Shown here in pieces: positions 26,674 through 37,777 of a stretch of 64,000 bases of DNA; the stretch's first letter is position 1; every line of letters starts with the position of its first letter. The notes beneath the pieces were generated by a model that saw only the letters and a list, made by a program, of their open reading frames with translations, was not told the DNA's origin and made no database searches. A program made the translations under genes and the position numbers. Origin of the DNA: a virus; IMG/VR virus record IMGVR_UViG_3300025810_000004, positions 94,947 to 158,946 of that record. One strand, given 5' to 3'.

Positions 26674-29600
26674 ATGTCTATACTAGACTCTTCCTCATAC
26701 GTGTTGAGACCATCACGCAGCGCGGGTGGTAACTCCAGTACGACCGACGAGGCCACCACTGGGGTGGATCGTGACCATCTGTATCCGGAGGAGTTCCCTG
26801 CGGCGTACGTGGTCAAGCCCACAGATGGTCCGGTGGAGCCATACGGCGATATGTACCGTGCCGCTGTGCTGCTTCAGCCTTCTGACAGGGCCGGGAAGCA
26901 GGAATACTGTCTGTTTGCTGCCACCACGGGCTCCCTGAGCACTATCGAGGATGCTTCCTTCGTTGTGACTGGTGGGTCCGACTCCGTGCAGGTTATTCCG
27001 GGTTCGCTTTCCGTTGGGGGGTTCGAAGACGGAACCACCTCCTTCTACATCCGAGACGAGGGTGCCAGAGACGTTTCCAGTGTGGTCTCCATATCCATAG
27101 TGGTGGGGGGAACCTCCGTGACCAATGCGGTCACCTGTACCGTGACATCCTATGATGCTCTCACCGGGCGGGTTGAGATAGACGCTTCTGGGATAGGGGG
27201 AGGATATTCCGAGGAGAGAGGAGACACTATACTTGCGGCCTATTATGTCCTTGCCGGGGTGTCCTTCTGGTGGACCCGCAACGACACGGTAGACGGTGTT
27301 TCCCGATTTGGGTGGAACGGAAAGGTCCAGAAGTGGCTCCCCCTTCCCGGAACCCCCGCCAGGTCTTTGGGTGCGGTTGACCCGGACGAGGCTTACACCC
27401 TGAACCCGGCCCCCACCAGATTCGAAATTGGGGACACCCTTCCAGGCGACCCCTCAGAGGGAGACCAATACGCGTTGCTGCGTGTGGGTCTGTACTCAGA
27501 CAAGGATTCCACCCCCCTCGAAGTGAGGGTGGTGTCCGACGAAGTCGCAGACGCAGGATGGGATGGAGGCGGCGGGGACGCCATAGTCGGAGTGAACAGT
27601 GGATTCCTTGTTCTCAGCGACGCCTTCATTGAAGTCAACGCGGGACGCACACTTTGGTACAACGCAGAAACCTTCGTTCCCGATGCCGACGGGGATATGG
27701 GAGTTGTTGCAGACTTCCCCATCGTGGACAACCAGGGGTTCCCTTCTCTTTCCCCGGCACCCGGCCCCACCGAGCGCCCCTTCCTGAGAATAGGGAACAG
27801 GCAGTACCTGACCCCCATACCCAAGGAGGATGACACCTCCTTGAACAGCCCAAGCGGGGTCCCCAGCGGCTCCTTTGAATGGAGCAAGACCACAGGCAAG
27901 ATAGTCCTGTCCGCTGTCGACATAGCGAAGTGCACCCCCGGCTTTTCTACGGCAGAAGGCGACCCAGCCGACTACGAGATACCCTATCTGGGTGCGCGTC
28001 TGTTCTTCGACGGGGTGGCGCTCAGCACCCAGCCCATCCCTGTCAGGGGTCCCTCTTATTGCATAGACGCTGAAGGAGACGGCGGAAACGGCTCCCCTAT
28101 AACTGGCGACCCGGATGGGGTTCCAACCTTCGGTGACCTCTTCGTTGACAGGGCCAAGCCACTGCCCCCTCCTGGGGTCAGTGGGGTGTCTTGGGTGCCA
28201 GACAACAGCGGCGTTGTGCCTGATGGTGCCGCTGTCCCTGTCCCCGACCCCCCTCAGACCCGCCCCAACGGAACGGGGCTCGTGAGACAGGTCAAGGCAG
28301 AAGCTGGAGACATGTTCTTCTTCAATGGCAACACCGGGGGGTCCGGATACGCCTACGAAAACGTCGACATCATCGAGTACGACGAAGATGTAACCAAGCT
28401 CGAATTCAGAATCCCCAAGACTGACGTGGAAGTCGCTCGTCAGTCCAAGAACGCCCCCAGCAACTATCCTTATTCTTCTCAGATAAACATGAGAAGGAGG
28501 CCAGTGAAGGGTGACGGCCTGCTCTTCAGGCAGGCCATGGTCATACCCTCAGTGTACTCTGATACCGCTCGGGTCTATTCGAGGTTCATGGGTCCGTACC
28601 AGCTGGACGGGACGGAAACTCTCCGCTATGCGCTGGGCGGTACAGAGTATCTTTGGACTGCTCCGGGGTCTGGTTCTTACACCGCTTCTGACATAGCGGC
28701 CAGTTTCCCTGTCGGACACGCAGGCCACCAGCGGGGAATCCTGTACCTGGAGGACCCAAGCGGGACCGACATAGAGATAGGGTGGCACCTCCCTGAGTCC
28801 TCAGGTGGTCCTCCACGCGGGAGATTTGAACTGTCCGCACACGCGGCACTTGGTCTCCTTCCCGGCTGGAAGATTGTCGCCGGGGACAGCGAATACAGGT
28901 GGCTACCAGACAACGGGGTTGCGCTCGGAGTCTTCCGTAGCCCCACGAACCTTGACCGGAGTGACCCCACCCCGGATATAAGGGCCAGGTCGGTCTTGAA
29001 GAACGAGGTTCTGACCGACAACATCCCCGCCGTTCCCTTCATAACCATAAACCAGCCTCCGCTGGAGGATATTCCTGGGTACGAGGAGGACTCCCACTTC
29101 AGGGTCCGGTCCGGTCTCCTCAGGTTGAACCTCAAGAATTACCAGACCATCCGGGACATTGGGCTGAAGTATGACTGGCCCAACGACAGGATGCAGTGGA
29201 TAAGGGAAGGCAAGACCAACTCCACGGAAATAGCCTTCCCTTCTTCCGTTCTGCAGTTGGCTGACACCGGGGTACTTCCGGAAACGGTGTCGTCGGATGC
29301 CATGCTGGACGGCGCTTTCGGTCTGGACCTGAAGTCCGCTAAGGACGACTCCTTCAGTGAGCTGACTCAGGGAACAGAATTCCTGATGCCGGGTGGAGGA
29401 AACCCAGGTCAGGCGTTTCTCGTTGAGGTAGCCGGGGAGACGAAGTACCAGGGGGGCAACGGTACCTTCGTTGCGGGTGACACGCTCTTCTCCGACCCCA
29501 ACACCACCATAGGGTCCGTGCCAGCGGGATACCTCCTGCACATCATAAACGGGGACGCCGAGGGGGTCTACACCTTCACGGACAGCTTCCTGAATGTGTC

Positions 29601-32600
29601 CCCGGCCTTCCCCGCCAGCGCTGGTTTCCCCCTGGGCCCACCCGCACAGTGGAAGATATACGAGGCCAAGACCAGAGGGGAAGTGGACAACACGCTCTTG
29701 GCTGACGTTCAGCAGACCGTGCAGAACCACCTCTCAGAGGAGCCATTCAAGATCCGGCTCTTGACCTATGCAGGAGACGTTGGGAGCACTCTGACGGTCA
29801 ACCCGTCTGATGCCATCAGAAGTGGCCGAATAGTCAGGGTGAGGTTTGGACTGGAATCCGGGTCCCCGGAAGCCGTACCCTCTTATCTGGTCAGAGGCAC
29901 GGATCTCGGTCCGATTGCAACAGACGGTCTTTTTGTGGACCCCACAGACCCCCACGTTTCCAATTCTGGGGCGACCGTATACTTCCAGATCCGCGTGGGG
30001 GCAGAGATTTACGTCCCCACCGTGAACGGAGGCGGCGGGCTCGTTGACGTGGACACCACCACCGGAGAGGTCTTCATAGACCCCAACGTCGTGTCGGACC
30101 AGACCGGGAGTTCTGTTTTCTACGATCAGATCTTCCTGTCCCCCAGCGATCTGAGTGCGGGTGAATGCGAGATAGACTCCTCGGATGGGTCGGTCAACCT
30201 TTCTGGGGCCGATACAAGCAGCTATTCCGGTGCGAAGGCTTATTTTGTTGAGCAGATGGTCACCGAGAACAACCTCGACGTCACCACTTCTCCCCTGAAC
30301 GGAAGTCTGCTGTTCAACAAGCCGCTCCGCGCTATGCAGATAGTGGAGGTCAACTACTTCCAGGCGGATACCAACGGCGACAAAGCCCTGGATTCAGACG
30401 GGAACGAGATAGAGGTGACCGAATTCTTACCCCTCGTGGTGAGACTGGAGACTGCCACCAGAATCGACGGGTACACCTATTCCTACAATCCCACCGGAAG
30501 AACCGAGTCCTCGACTGTGGAACCCTTCATGTGGGTTGGGGTGGAGTTGCAGAATTTTGCGGGTGTCACGAACGCCGTCGCCAACGAGGGGACCATAACC
30601 TTCACCAACGAAGTGTCCGAAACCGACACCGTTCAGATCAATTACGGTGTTCTCGAAGCATTCGGAGGGGAACAGGCTTACACCGTGAGCACTCCCCCGG
30701 TGTACAGGAAGCCATTCTGGATAGACGCCGAGTCCAGCAGCTTCCCCCTACAGTCGGACAAGACCTCTGTGTTTGAGGCTGGTGATCTCGTTCTGGTGGG
30801 AGAAACTCCGCTGTACGTGACTGGTTCGTCTTATGACGCCTCCACCGAGGCGACCACTGTTTCCTTCTTCCCCACCACCCAAGGCGAAGTGGGTAGCAGA
30901 GCAGTGGGGAGGGACGTCAGTCTGACCGTTTCTGACTTCAAAGTGGCGGTGGATTACGGGGGCGACGAGGGTTTCATGCCCACCCTCAACACCGACGCCA
31001 TAACTGGTACCCCTCTGCAGCCAGCAGACAGGGGACAGCTGGAAGTTTCCTTCTATGGTGACGTCAGGGCCTTCACGAGGGCAAGCCACATACTGGAGAT
31101 AGACGGGTACCCGTACCTCATAATCAGCTCTTCTCAGTCCGCTGACGGCAGAAACACGGTCGTCACAGTCGGTACCCCCCTCTACAAGGACCACGACAAC
31201 TCGCAGAAGGTCAGAGTCAGTGTGCGCCCGGTTCACACCCCCGGACCCACCGAATTCGTTGGGCTCGGACCCTTGGTTCCGACCGAAGAGTTCGACCTTT
31301 TCTTGATGGGCCGAACCGAATCCTCAGGGAACCCGATTCCCGGTAAGAACCTCATAGAAGGCGTCCACTACACCCTCGATCCCACCACGGGTTCTGTGGT
31401 GTTCCAGTCTCCGACCCAGGGACCCCTTCAGGCGGGGGAATACCTCCACTTCAGGTACATGAAGCTGGTGGAGGTCACTCCAGAGATTGTGGACGGGGCC
31501 TTGTTGTATCCTCTCTACAAGTCCAAGTACCTGGCTGTGTCTACCCCCAGCTCAAAGAACGGGATACTGGGGAAGGTCCTCAAGGCGAAGTACACCTATA
31601 GAAACCAAGACTCCTTCTTCTTCGAAGTTCTGCCTCTTCTGGACTATCTGCCGGAAGTGGAGAGTGCTTCTTCCTCTCAGGGCATAACCCCAATAGGCGG
31701 AGGAGCGGTCCCAAGCACCCCAGGTGAAACCCCCCTCAACAAGCAGGGAAGATTTGGGCTCAGGGGAGAAACCCAAGATTATCTGGACCAGGACAGAGCT
31801 GCCAGAGCATACGTTGAATTCTTCAATGGGGTCATACTGGCGTTCGAGCAGGTGTTGGAAGCCATCGACGGTCGGATCATCGGTGACCGGGACGGCAAGT
31901 TCCGATTCTTCGTGGGTCGTGGTGCCCGGTACGCTCGACCTGGGTGGGAAGACGAGATCACGGGAGACCTCGTGGCACGTCTCGTCTGGCGTGAGGTCGT
32001 CAACGAGTGGGCACCGGATGGGTTCGACGGTTGGTATCGAACCACTGACCCCGTGTTTGACCCCACGACCGCTGAAGTGCCTGACGCGAGCAACCGTCCT
32101 GGCGAGACAAATGGGGTGACACCCAACCCGGACACGCTGAGATTCTTCGCTAACCTCCAGCGGAACCGCATTAAGAATGATATGGATGACCGCCTGCTGG
32201 TTGGCTTCGGTCGTCCGCGTGGGTTCGCCACATTGTTCCCGAGCATCGACGTACCCGGTCTCTTCAAAGCGATGTGGATGGCACACCGGTATTCACGCCT
32301 CTTCCCTGAAGCGACCAAGCACTTCTCCCGGCTGTTCCCTGGCATCGAATACGTTCCTGGGTCGAGTGCTGGGTTCTACACGTCTGGACGCAAAGTCGCG
32401 GTTCCCGGTCCCGAACCGGGTGAAGAGACCGAGCAGGTCGTCAAGACTCAGAAGTCTGCCATCGGACAGATCGCAAACCCGGCTCTGGGCAACGTCGAGA
32501 ACGTGGTGGATATCACGAGTGCCGATCGGCTGCCTCGGGCACGAGTCTGGGCCTACTACCCAGACGGAAATGCAGATCTCGGCACGGCTGGTCAGGCGAC

Positions 32601-35600
32601 CATCGTGGCGACTCCTCTCCCTCTCGGGGAGTTTCCCATCGACCCGACCACCGGGTACCCGGACCCTGCCCAGCTTCTCTCGGGTGGTGGTGACCTGTAC
32701 GACCTTGTGTCGGGCGACGTGGACTTGGCGACCCCAGCTTTCACGGCGGGTCAGCGGGTCAACTACGGAAAGCCAACGGGCGCGGTGTACGACCTCACCG
32801 ACTCCAGCGGGAACGGGATCTTCGTTGACCAGGTGACCAACGGGTACATCATCACCCTGGCCGACCAGAGCGGGTCAGGTGTGACGGGATCAAGCATTCT
32901 GTACAACGGCACTGACCCCCTGGAAGACATCATCAGCGTCGATGACGGCTACGGCGACACGGTGTTCTGCGGCCCGGTAGTACCTGACATCACGACGTTG
33001 GTGTACCCACCAACTTCGGAAAACGAGATTCAAGAACTTATCGAGGTTCTTCCAGACTACCGCATTCAGTTCGACCTCAAAGTCGGCAAGCGCACGGGTG
33101 AATTCATCGACGCGTCATTACCCACGAATGACGACGTGTTCCCTCTACCCTTGCAGAACTGGAACGGTCAGAGACCACCTCAACCGCTGACCTGCATCGA
33201 GGGTGAGGTCGAGTTCGTGAACACGGACTCCGAGCCCGTGCAGCTTCCCTGTCTTCTGGGTCAGGACAAGGACGACTCGGGAGACTACCAGATCCCCTAC
33301 ATTCGGGGAGCCGACACCGAGCTTTCGGTTCTCGGTCGAGTGGCGGCAGACTTCCGGTACCTGTTTGAGGACACGACGGGTGCGCCTTCCCACACGTGGA
33401 AGGCCATCTACCCCGACGAGATCATCGCGAGCGATGGGACCATCCTCCTGAGCTACGACGTTGGAACGTCCCGTGACCCGGCGACGTTGTACACGGCAAC
33501 GGACCTGACTCCCGTGGCAACGGCTGGGTCGTACACCCCGAACTCGGGCATCGGTGACGCTCGACCGTATGACCTTCTCCTCGTGCAGACAGAGCAGTCT
33601 CCTGCGGGGATTACGGGCATTCTTTCCATCGGTGATGCGGCATCCTCAAAGGTAGAAGTACCTCGGTTCGTCACCAAGGTGAACGCGGACGCCACCAGCA
33701 CGGATCTGGTTCGCCACACCATCCGGAACGCAGCGGTTGCTGTTGGCGGGGGTGGCACCACAGGTGTCATCGTTACCGAGACCAATCCATTCCCTGGTCT
33801 GTATAACACCACGTTCAACTGCGATTCCGTCGGGTTCGTGCTGGATGATGGGTTTGGTGGTGGTGTGGGGGCTACAGGTGGATTCAACCAGTTCCTCGGA
33901 GCCGGTCGTGTCGCCATCCTCCGCGTCTACAGTCCCTCGACGGGGGCTCTGATCGAAGAGATCGCGGTGTCTGGCCTCACCGTGTGGTCCACGTTGGTCC
34001 CGGCTGGGACAGCCATGATCGGCGCACCTTACTTCTCCGATGGACAACTGTTCGTTGAGACGAGTGTTGCCATCTCGACGGTGGCGAACGATGGCAACTA
34101 CTACGACGTGACGGTCTCGGTGGACTGCTACATCGACGCCGTGACCTCTGCGTTGACCGGTCTCGCCGTGGGTTCGGGCGTCGGCACTACCACGGCCTCC
34201 GTTCAGTCTGACCGCCTGACCTTCACGGAGACGACCAGTCTTGCGAAGGCTGCCGACCGCACCACGACGACCGCGACGGGAGCGGTGAACGTCGGCACTT
34301 CCCTCGCGGTGTGGGAGCTTGAGCTTGCCGGTGGTGTCACCGGCTGCACGGTCAACGCACCCGCTTCGGTGAATGGTGGTGACCCCTTCACCTTCCTTGA
34401 GCGGCTGAACGGGGTGACCCCTTACGTCGGAACATTCGCTTCGGCTTCCGCTGCGGGTGCCGGTGACGAGGTGGGAACCATCCGAGTCATGTCCTGGGAA
34501 GGACACAACAACACTCCGGTGAGCACCACGGGTCTGACTTTCGGTGCAGTGCCATCTTCCGACTACGGCGCGGTTGCTGAGATCTTGCGTGGAACCGGAA
34601 CCATCCTCGACTCCCTCTATGCGGGGGCGAACCTCCGATACCGCGCGTGGATTCAGAACGTCACCGTGCTTGCTGGCGGGCTTAACGAGGTTCAATCGGG
34701 CGACATCCTGACCGTGTCCGGGAGCGGCGCGATCCCCAACAATGCAGCGGTCAAGAGCGGGACGTACCTCGTCCGCCACAAGGTCACGACCAATGGAACG
34801 GACTCGGGTGTGGACATTCTCCGCGTGTCGGCCACGGCGAACGCTGGGAACAGCAACGTCATCGACCTTCGGTTCCCGAAGGTGCTGTCGAGCGATGAGG
34901 CGGGTACGACACTCACGACCTCACTTCCGGCTCTGATCACGTCGTCCGTCTCTGGACCCACCCATGCGTTCCCGGCGAGTGGTCGTGTCTATCTGATCTT
35001 GAAGGACCAGTACGCGACCTTTGATGGGGTCGCGAACTGGGTGGTCGATGCTTCTGCGGTCTACTCTGCCGCGTATACATCCGTTGTGGAGAACTCGACC
35101 AATGAGACACTGACGTTCTCTGGCCTTACGGATTTCAAGAACGCCCACGGTTCGGGATTACTCTCAAGCTCATTCTTCGCCGCTGCTCAGAGAAACGTGA
35201 AGGTGTCGGGGATGACCTACTTCCCCAACCGCCTTCTGGCCTCGACGCTGCCCGAAAACAACGTCCTCGGGTTCAACGCAGACGGAGCTTTGAATGCCTT
35301 TGGTGGCGTTGCGATGGTCTACTTCGCCAGCACACTGGCGGGTGGGGGTTCCAAGCCCTTCAACAGCACGTTCGCCAATCTGAAGCGGAACAACGCAGGC
35401 GTCATCGTCAACGACGACCTCCTGGTCCGCGTGCCGTTCGGTCGGAACAGCACGGCCTTCTACGAGGCGCGTGACGTCACCATCTACCCACCGGACAGTA
35501 TAACAGGCGGCAACCCCATCGGAGTCGCCACCTACCTGGAGACGACGCAGTTCACGAACACGTCCTGGGATCAGATTCACTTCGACTCGGTGACTGGACC

Positions 35601-37338
35601 TAACAACGTCATTCCGGCCACCCCGGAACTTAACTGCCTCCTCCCTGGAGATCGGGTTCGATATGCCGACCAGCCTCTTACCGGGGGTGCCGGAAAGTTC
35701 ATCGCGGTTTCCGGTGTGTTCCTGGAGCCCTCGATGCCTCGACCCGTCGGGGATCTGAGCCAAGCCCTTCCGCATGTGGTCGCAAACTCGTACACCAACA
35801 ACTTCGACAACATCGGCCTCCGGGACTACGACGACTTCAATGCGGTCGCTGTGGGCAGCGAGGACGTGTACTTCGAGGTGCGTCGGATTCGGAGGTTCCA
35901 TGAGCAGCCGGGTGAGGTCGCAGCCGGTCTGGAGCCGCTTCGGTATGTCTATGAGATCCGACGTGGTGAGGTTTCCAGCTACACCGCGTCCTCCCGTCAG
36001 TTTGTTGCTCTCACCGGGGGCATTTACACGGAGGCGACCAATCTTGGAGCGTTCAACAACCCGGACGTGAACATCCACTCGGGCGACGTGCTCCGGATCA
36101 TTGATCCCAGCACCGGAGCGGTCACGGATACGGCAGAGGTCCAGCGCGTCGTCGATCCGGTGACACTGAAGCTCCGCAAGCCTGGTCTGGCGAATACGCC
36201 CCCAGCGGGAGCTTTGTTTGAGATCTATCTGGAGCAGGCCATCGTTCCGCACGAGCAGTCCAACGAGCAGCTGCTTGAACTCATAACGGACAAGGTGGTC
36301 TTCGAGCGGCGTGTCGACTACCCCGGTGGGGACACCGATGGCGGTTTCGTCTCCACCGTCAACGATATGCAGGACACCACGGTCACTTCATGGCAGGCCG
36401 AGGGTGTGGTGTCGGGAGACTACGTGGTGGTCGACCCGGCTGGGAGGCTCTACCTCGACACGGAGTTTGGGGCGCGACCCACGGGAGACCGATCCGTCAT
36501 TGAGCGCGGCGCGGTCTACACTGCCGGTGTTCCGAGCGTCTTCGATGACAACCGGGGCTTCTACAGGGTCACCGATGCACCCGCCACGGGAGTCCTGACC
36601 GTAGATGGTACTTCCAGATTCTCGGACGGTACGAAGTTCGGAGATGCCGGTGCCGAGTACGTCGTGCTGCCGACCATCAACAACGGCACGACCGAGAACC
36701 AGCAGGACCTCCGCGTCACGGCAGCCGCATCCGGGGGGTCCTTCGCGGGGTCCCCAGCCTCGATTCAGCCCTTCGCTTACCGGATCATTCGGCCCAATGG
36801 AGTGTTCTCACAGGATGCGGTGGAACTTGTCCTCTTCATGCGGGAACGGATGCTCTCGTGGATTGGCGCGTTGAACGACGCCTACGTTCGGGGTGGTGAC
36901 TACTACGTCTTCCAGCGGGACGACCACATCAAGAACCTCCGAGAGTTTGGCGTGCTGCACAACTCTGTGGTGGAGAACCTTGAGGGCCTGGTGGACACGA
37001 CGCCGTTCGCCAACACGGCGGATTGCCTGTCGATTCTGGATCGCCGGTTCTGGACCCTGGACTTCCGGCTCGACAGCCTTCCCATAGGTGCTGGTACCAC
37101 GTACACTCAGTTTGCCGACGACGGATTCGCCCAGAGACCCGTGTTGCCAGACCTGATAGAAGAAGTCCTGAACCTTGACGACAAGTTCAGGGACCAGAGG
37201 TACTCTTGGATCTCGTTCAGGGCCAACAGGACGGATGGCTCGATAAGAACGGCGAAGAGGGCGGAAAACAGCCTCGAATCCAGGCTCAGGAAGCAACGTG
37301 AGGCCATCAACCGCAGCAAGGGACTGAAGAAGTCATAG
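26674..37338 (+). CDS. Giant putative virion structural protein (3554 aa; baseplate/tail-associated)
   Basis: Uninterrupted 10.6-kb ORF, acidic and G/T/S/V/P-rich, inside the structural gene block. No catalytic motif recognised. Confidence 0.75.
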   Translation: MSILDSSSYVLRPSRSAGGNSSTTDEATTGVDRDHLYPEEFPAAYVVKPTDGPVEPYGDMYRAAVLLQPSDRAGKQEYCLFAATTGSLSTIEDASFVVTGGSDSVQVIPGSLSVGGFEDGTTSFYIRDEGARDVSSVVSISIVVGGTSVTNAVTCTVTSYDALTGRVEIDASGIGGGYSEERGDTILAAYYVLAGVSFWWTRNDTVDGVSRFGWNGKVQKWLPLPGTPARSLGAVDPDEAYTLNPAPTRFEIGDTLPGDPSEGDQYALLRVGLYSDKDSTPLEVRVVSDEVADAGWDGGGGDAIVGVNSGFLVLSDAFIEVNAGRTLWYNAETFVPDADGDMGVVADFPIVDNQGFPSLSPAPGPTERPFLRIGNRQYLTPIPKEDDTSLNSPSGVPSGSFEWSKTTGKIVLSAVDIAKCTPGFSTAEGDPADYEIPYLGARLFFDGVALSTQPIPVRGPSYCIDAEGDGGNGSPITGDPDGVPTFGDLFVDRAKPLPPPGVSGVSWVPDNSGVVPDGAAVPVPDPPQTRPNGTGLVRQVKAEAGDMFFFNGNTGGSGYAYENVDIIEYDEDVTKLEFRIPKTDVEVARQSKNAPSNYPYSSQINMRRRPVKGDGLLFRQAMVIPSVYSDTARVYSRFMGPYQLDGTETLRYALGGTEYLWTAPGSGSYTASDIAASFPVGHAGHQRGILYLEDPSGTDIEIGWHLPESSGGPPRGRFELSAHAALGLLPGWKIVAGDSEYRWLPDNGVALGVFRSPTNLDRSDPTPDIRARSVLKNEVLTDNIPAVPFITINQPPLEDIPGYEEDSHFRVRSGLLRLNLKNYQTIRDIGLKYDWPNDRMQWIREGKTNSTEIAFPSSVLQLADTGVLPETVSSDAMLDGAFGLDLKSAKDDSFSELTQGTEFLMPGGGNPGQAFLVEVAGETKYQGGNGTFVAGDTLFSDPNTTIGSVPAGYLLHIINGDAEGVYTFTDSFLNVSPAFPASAGFPLGPPAQWKIYEAKTRGEVDNTLLADVQQTVQNHLSEEPFKIRLLTYAGDVGSTLTVNPSDAIRSGRIVRVRFGLESGSPEAVPSYLVRGTDLGPIATDGLFVDPTDPHVSNSGATVYFQIRVGAEIYVPTVNGGGGLVDVDTTTGEVFIDPNVVSDQTGSSVFYDQIFLSPSDLSAGECEIDSSDGSVNLSGADTSSYSGAKAYFVEQMVTENNLDVTTSPLNGSLLFNKPLRAMQIVEVNYFQADTNGDKALDSDGNEIEVTEFLPLVVRLETATRIDGYTYSYNPTGRTESSTVEPFMWVGVELQNFAGVTNAVANEGTITFTNEVSETDTVQINYGVLEAFGGEQAYTVSTPPVYRKPFWIDAESSSFPLQSDKTSVFEAGDLVLVGETPLYVTGSSYDASTEATTVSFFPTTQGEVGSRAVGRDVSLTVSDFKVAVDYGGDEGFMPTLNTDAITGTPLQPADRGQLEVSFYGDVRAFTRASHILEIDGYPYLIISSSQSADGRNTVVTVGTPLYKDHDNSQKVRVSVRPVHTPGPTEFVGLGPLVPTEEFDLFLMGRTESSGNPIPGKNLIEGVHYTLDPTTGSVVFQSPTQGPLQAGEYLHFRYMKLVEVTPEIVDGALLYPLYKSKYLAVSTPSSKNGILGKVLKAKYTYRNQDSFFFEVLPLLDYLPEVESASSSQGITPIGGGAVPSTPGETPLNKQGRFGLRGETQDYLDQDRAARAYVEFFNGVILAFEQVLEAIDGRIIGDRDGKFRFFVGRGARYARPGWEDEITGDLVARLVWREVVNEWAPDGFDGWYRTTDPVFDPTTAEVPDASNRPGETNGVTPNPDTLRFFANLQRNRIKNDMDDRLLVGFGRPRGFATLFPSIDVPGLFKAMWMAHRYSRLFPEATKHFSRLFPGIEYVPGSSAGFYTSGRKVAVPGPEPGEETEQVVKTQKSAIGQIANPALGNVENVVDITSADRLPRARVWAYYPDGNADLGTAGQATIVATPLPLGEFPIDPTTGYPDPAQLLSGGGDLYDLVSGDVDLATPAFTAGQRVNYGKPTGAVYDLTDSSGNGIFVDQVTNGYIITLADQSGSGVTGSSILYNGTDPLEDIISVDDGYGDTVFCGPVVPDITTLVYPPTSENEIQELIEVLPDYRIQFDLKVGKRTGEFIDASLPTNDDVFPLPLQNWNGQRPPQPLTCIEGEVEFVNTDSEPVQLPCLLGQDKDDSGDYQIPYIRGADTELSVLGRVAADFRYLFEDTTGAPSHTWKAIYPDEIIASDGTILLSYDVGTSRDPATLYTATDLTPVATAGSYTPNSGIGDARPYDLLLVQTEQSPAGITGILSIGDAASSKVEVPRFVTKVNADATSTDLVRHTIRNAAVAVGGGGTTGVIVTETNPFPGLYNTTFNCDSVGFVLDDGFGGGVGATGGFNQFLGAGRVAILRVYSPSTGALIEEIAVSGLTVWSTLVPAGTAMIGAPYFSDGQLFVETSVAISTVANDGNYYDVTVSVDCYIDAVTSALTGLAVGSGVGTTTASVQSDRLTFTETTSLAKAADRTTTTATGAVNVGTSLAVWELELAGGVTGCTVNAPASVNGGDPFTFLERLNGVTPYVGTFASASAAGAGDEVGTIRVMSWEGHNNTPVSTTGLTFGAVPSSDYGAVAEILRGTGTILDSLYAGANLRYRAWIQNVTVLAGGLNEVQSGDILTVSGSGAIPNNAAVKSGTYLVRHKVTTNGTDSGVDILRVSATANAGNSNVIDLRFPKVLSSDEAGTTLTTSLPALITSSVSGPTHAFPASGRVYLILKDQYATFDGVANWVVDASAVYSAAYTSVVENSTNETLTFSGLTDFKNAHGSGLLSSSFFAAAQRNVKVSGMTYFPNRLLASTLPENNVLGFNADGALNAFGGVAMVYFASTLAGGGSKPFNSTFANLKRNNAGVIVNDDLLVRVPFGRNSTAFYEARDVTIYPPDSITGGNPIGVATYLETTQFTNTSWDQIHFDSVTGPNNVIPATPELNCLLPGDRVRYADQPLTGGAGKFIAVSGVFLEPSMPRPVGDLSQALPHVVANSYTNNFDNIGLRDYDDFNAVAVGSEDVYFEVRRIRRFHEQPGEVAAGLEPLRYVYEIRRGEVSSYTASSRQFVALTGGIYTEATNLGAFNNPDVNIHSGDVLRIIDPSTGAVTDTAEVQRVVDPVTLKLRKPGLANTPPAGALFEIYLEQAIVPHEQSNEQLLELITDKVVFERRVDYPGGDTDGGFVSTVNDMQDTTVTSWQAEGVVSGDYVVVDPAGRLYLDTEFGARPTGDRSVIERGAVYTAGVPSVFDDNRGFYRVTDAPATGVLTVDGTSRFSDGTKFGDAGAEYVVLPTINNGTTENQQDLRVTAAASGGSFAGSPASIQPFAYRIIRPNGVFSQDAVELVLFMRERMLSWIGALNDAYVRGGDYYVFQRDDHIKNLREFGVLHNSVVENLEGLVDTTPFANTADCLSILDRRFWTLDFRLDSLPIGAGTTYTQFADDGFAQRPVLPDLIEEVLNLDDKFRDQRYSWISFRANRTDGSIRTAKRAENSLESRLRKQREAINRSKGLKKS

Positions 37339-37372
37339 TCAGTCCACAACAAGGGAAGCTGTACAAACCATC

Positions 37373-37777
37373 ATGAAGTACGAGATACCAGACGAACTGA
37401 CGGTTGAACACATCCTCAGCTTGAACTACACCAGAGCCATGGCGAGGGTTATGGAGAGCCCCTCCCTCTCTGCCTTCTCCAAGATGGGCATGAGGGAGGA
37501 ATTCCTTGCAGCCGCCAGAAAGTCTATCATTGAAGGTCAGGACTTTTTGGTGGAAATGCTGAGGATGACCCCCAGGGACCGACTCATGGGTGTCTGCGAG
37601 GTGTACCACACGGTGGATACGTTTGCACCCACCATCAATAGGGTGGTCACCCTTCTTGTGGCTGGGAGAGACGAACAGGCTTGGGAGGTCTTCAAGAGTC
37701 TAAAGGAAAACTTCGGTGACAGCCTTCCCCGGATGCTGAACCACGAGAGTCCGGAGTGGCTCGACGTCAGGACCTGA
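37373..37777 (+). CDS. Hypothetical protein
   Basis: ORF with coding-like composition. Confidence 0.6.
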   Translation: MKYEIPDELTVEHILSLNYTRAMARVMESPSLSAFSKMGMREEFLAAARKSIIEGQDFLVEMLRMTPRDRLMGVCEVYHTVDTFAPTINRVVTLLVAGRDEQAWEVFKSLKENFGDSLPRMLNHESPEWLDVRT

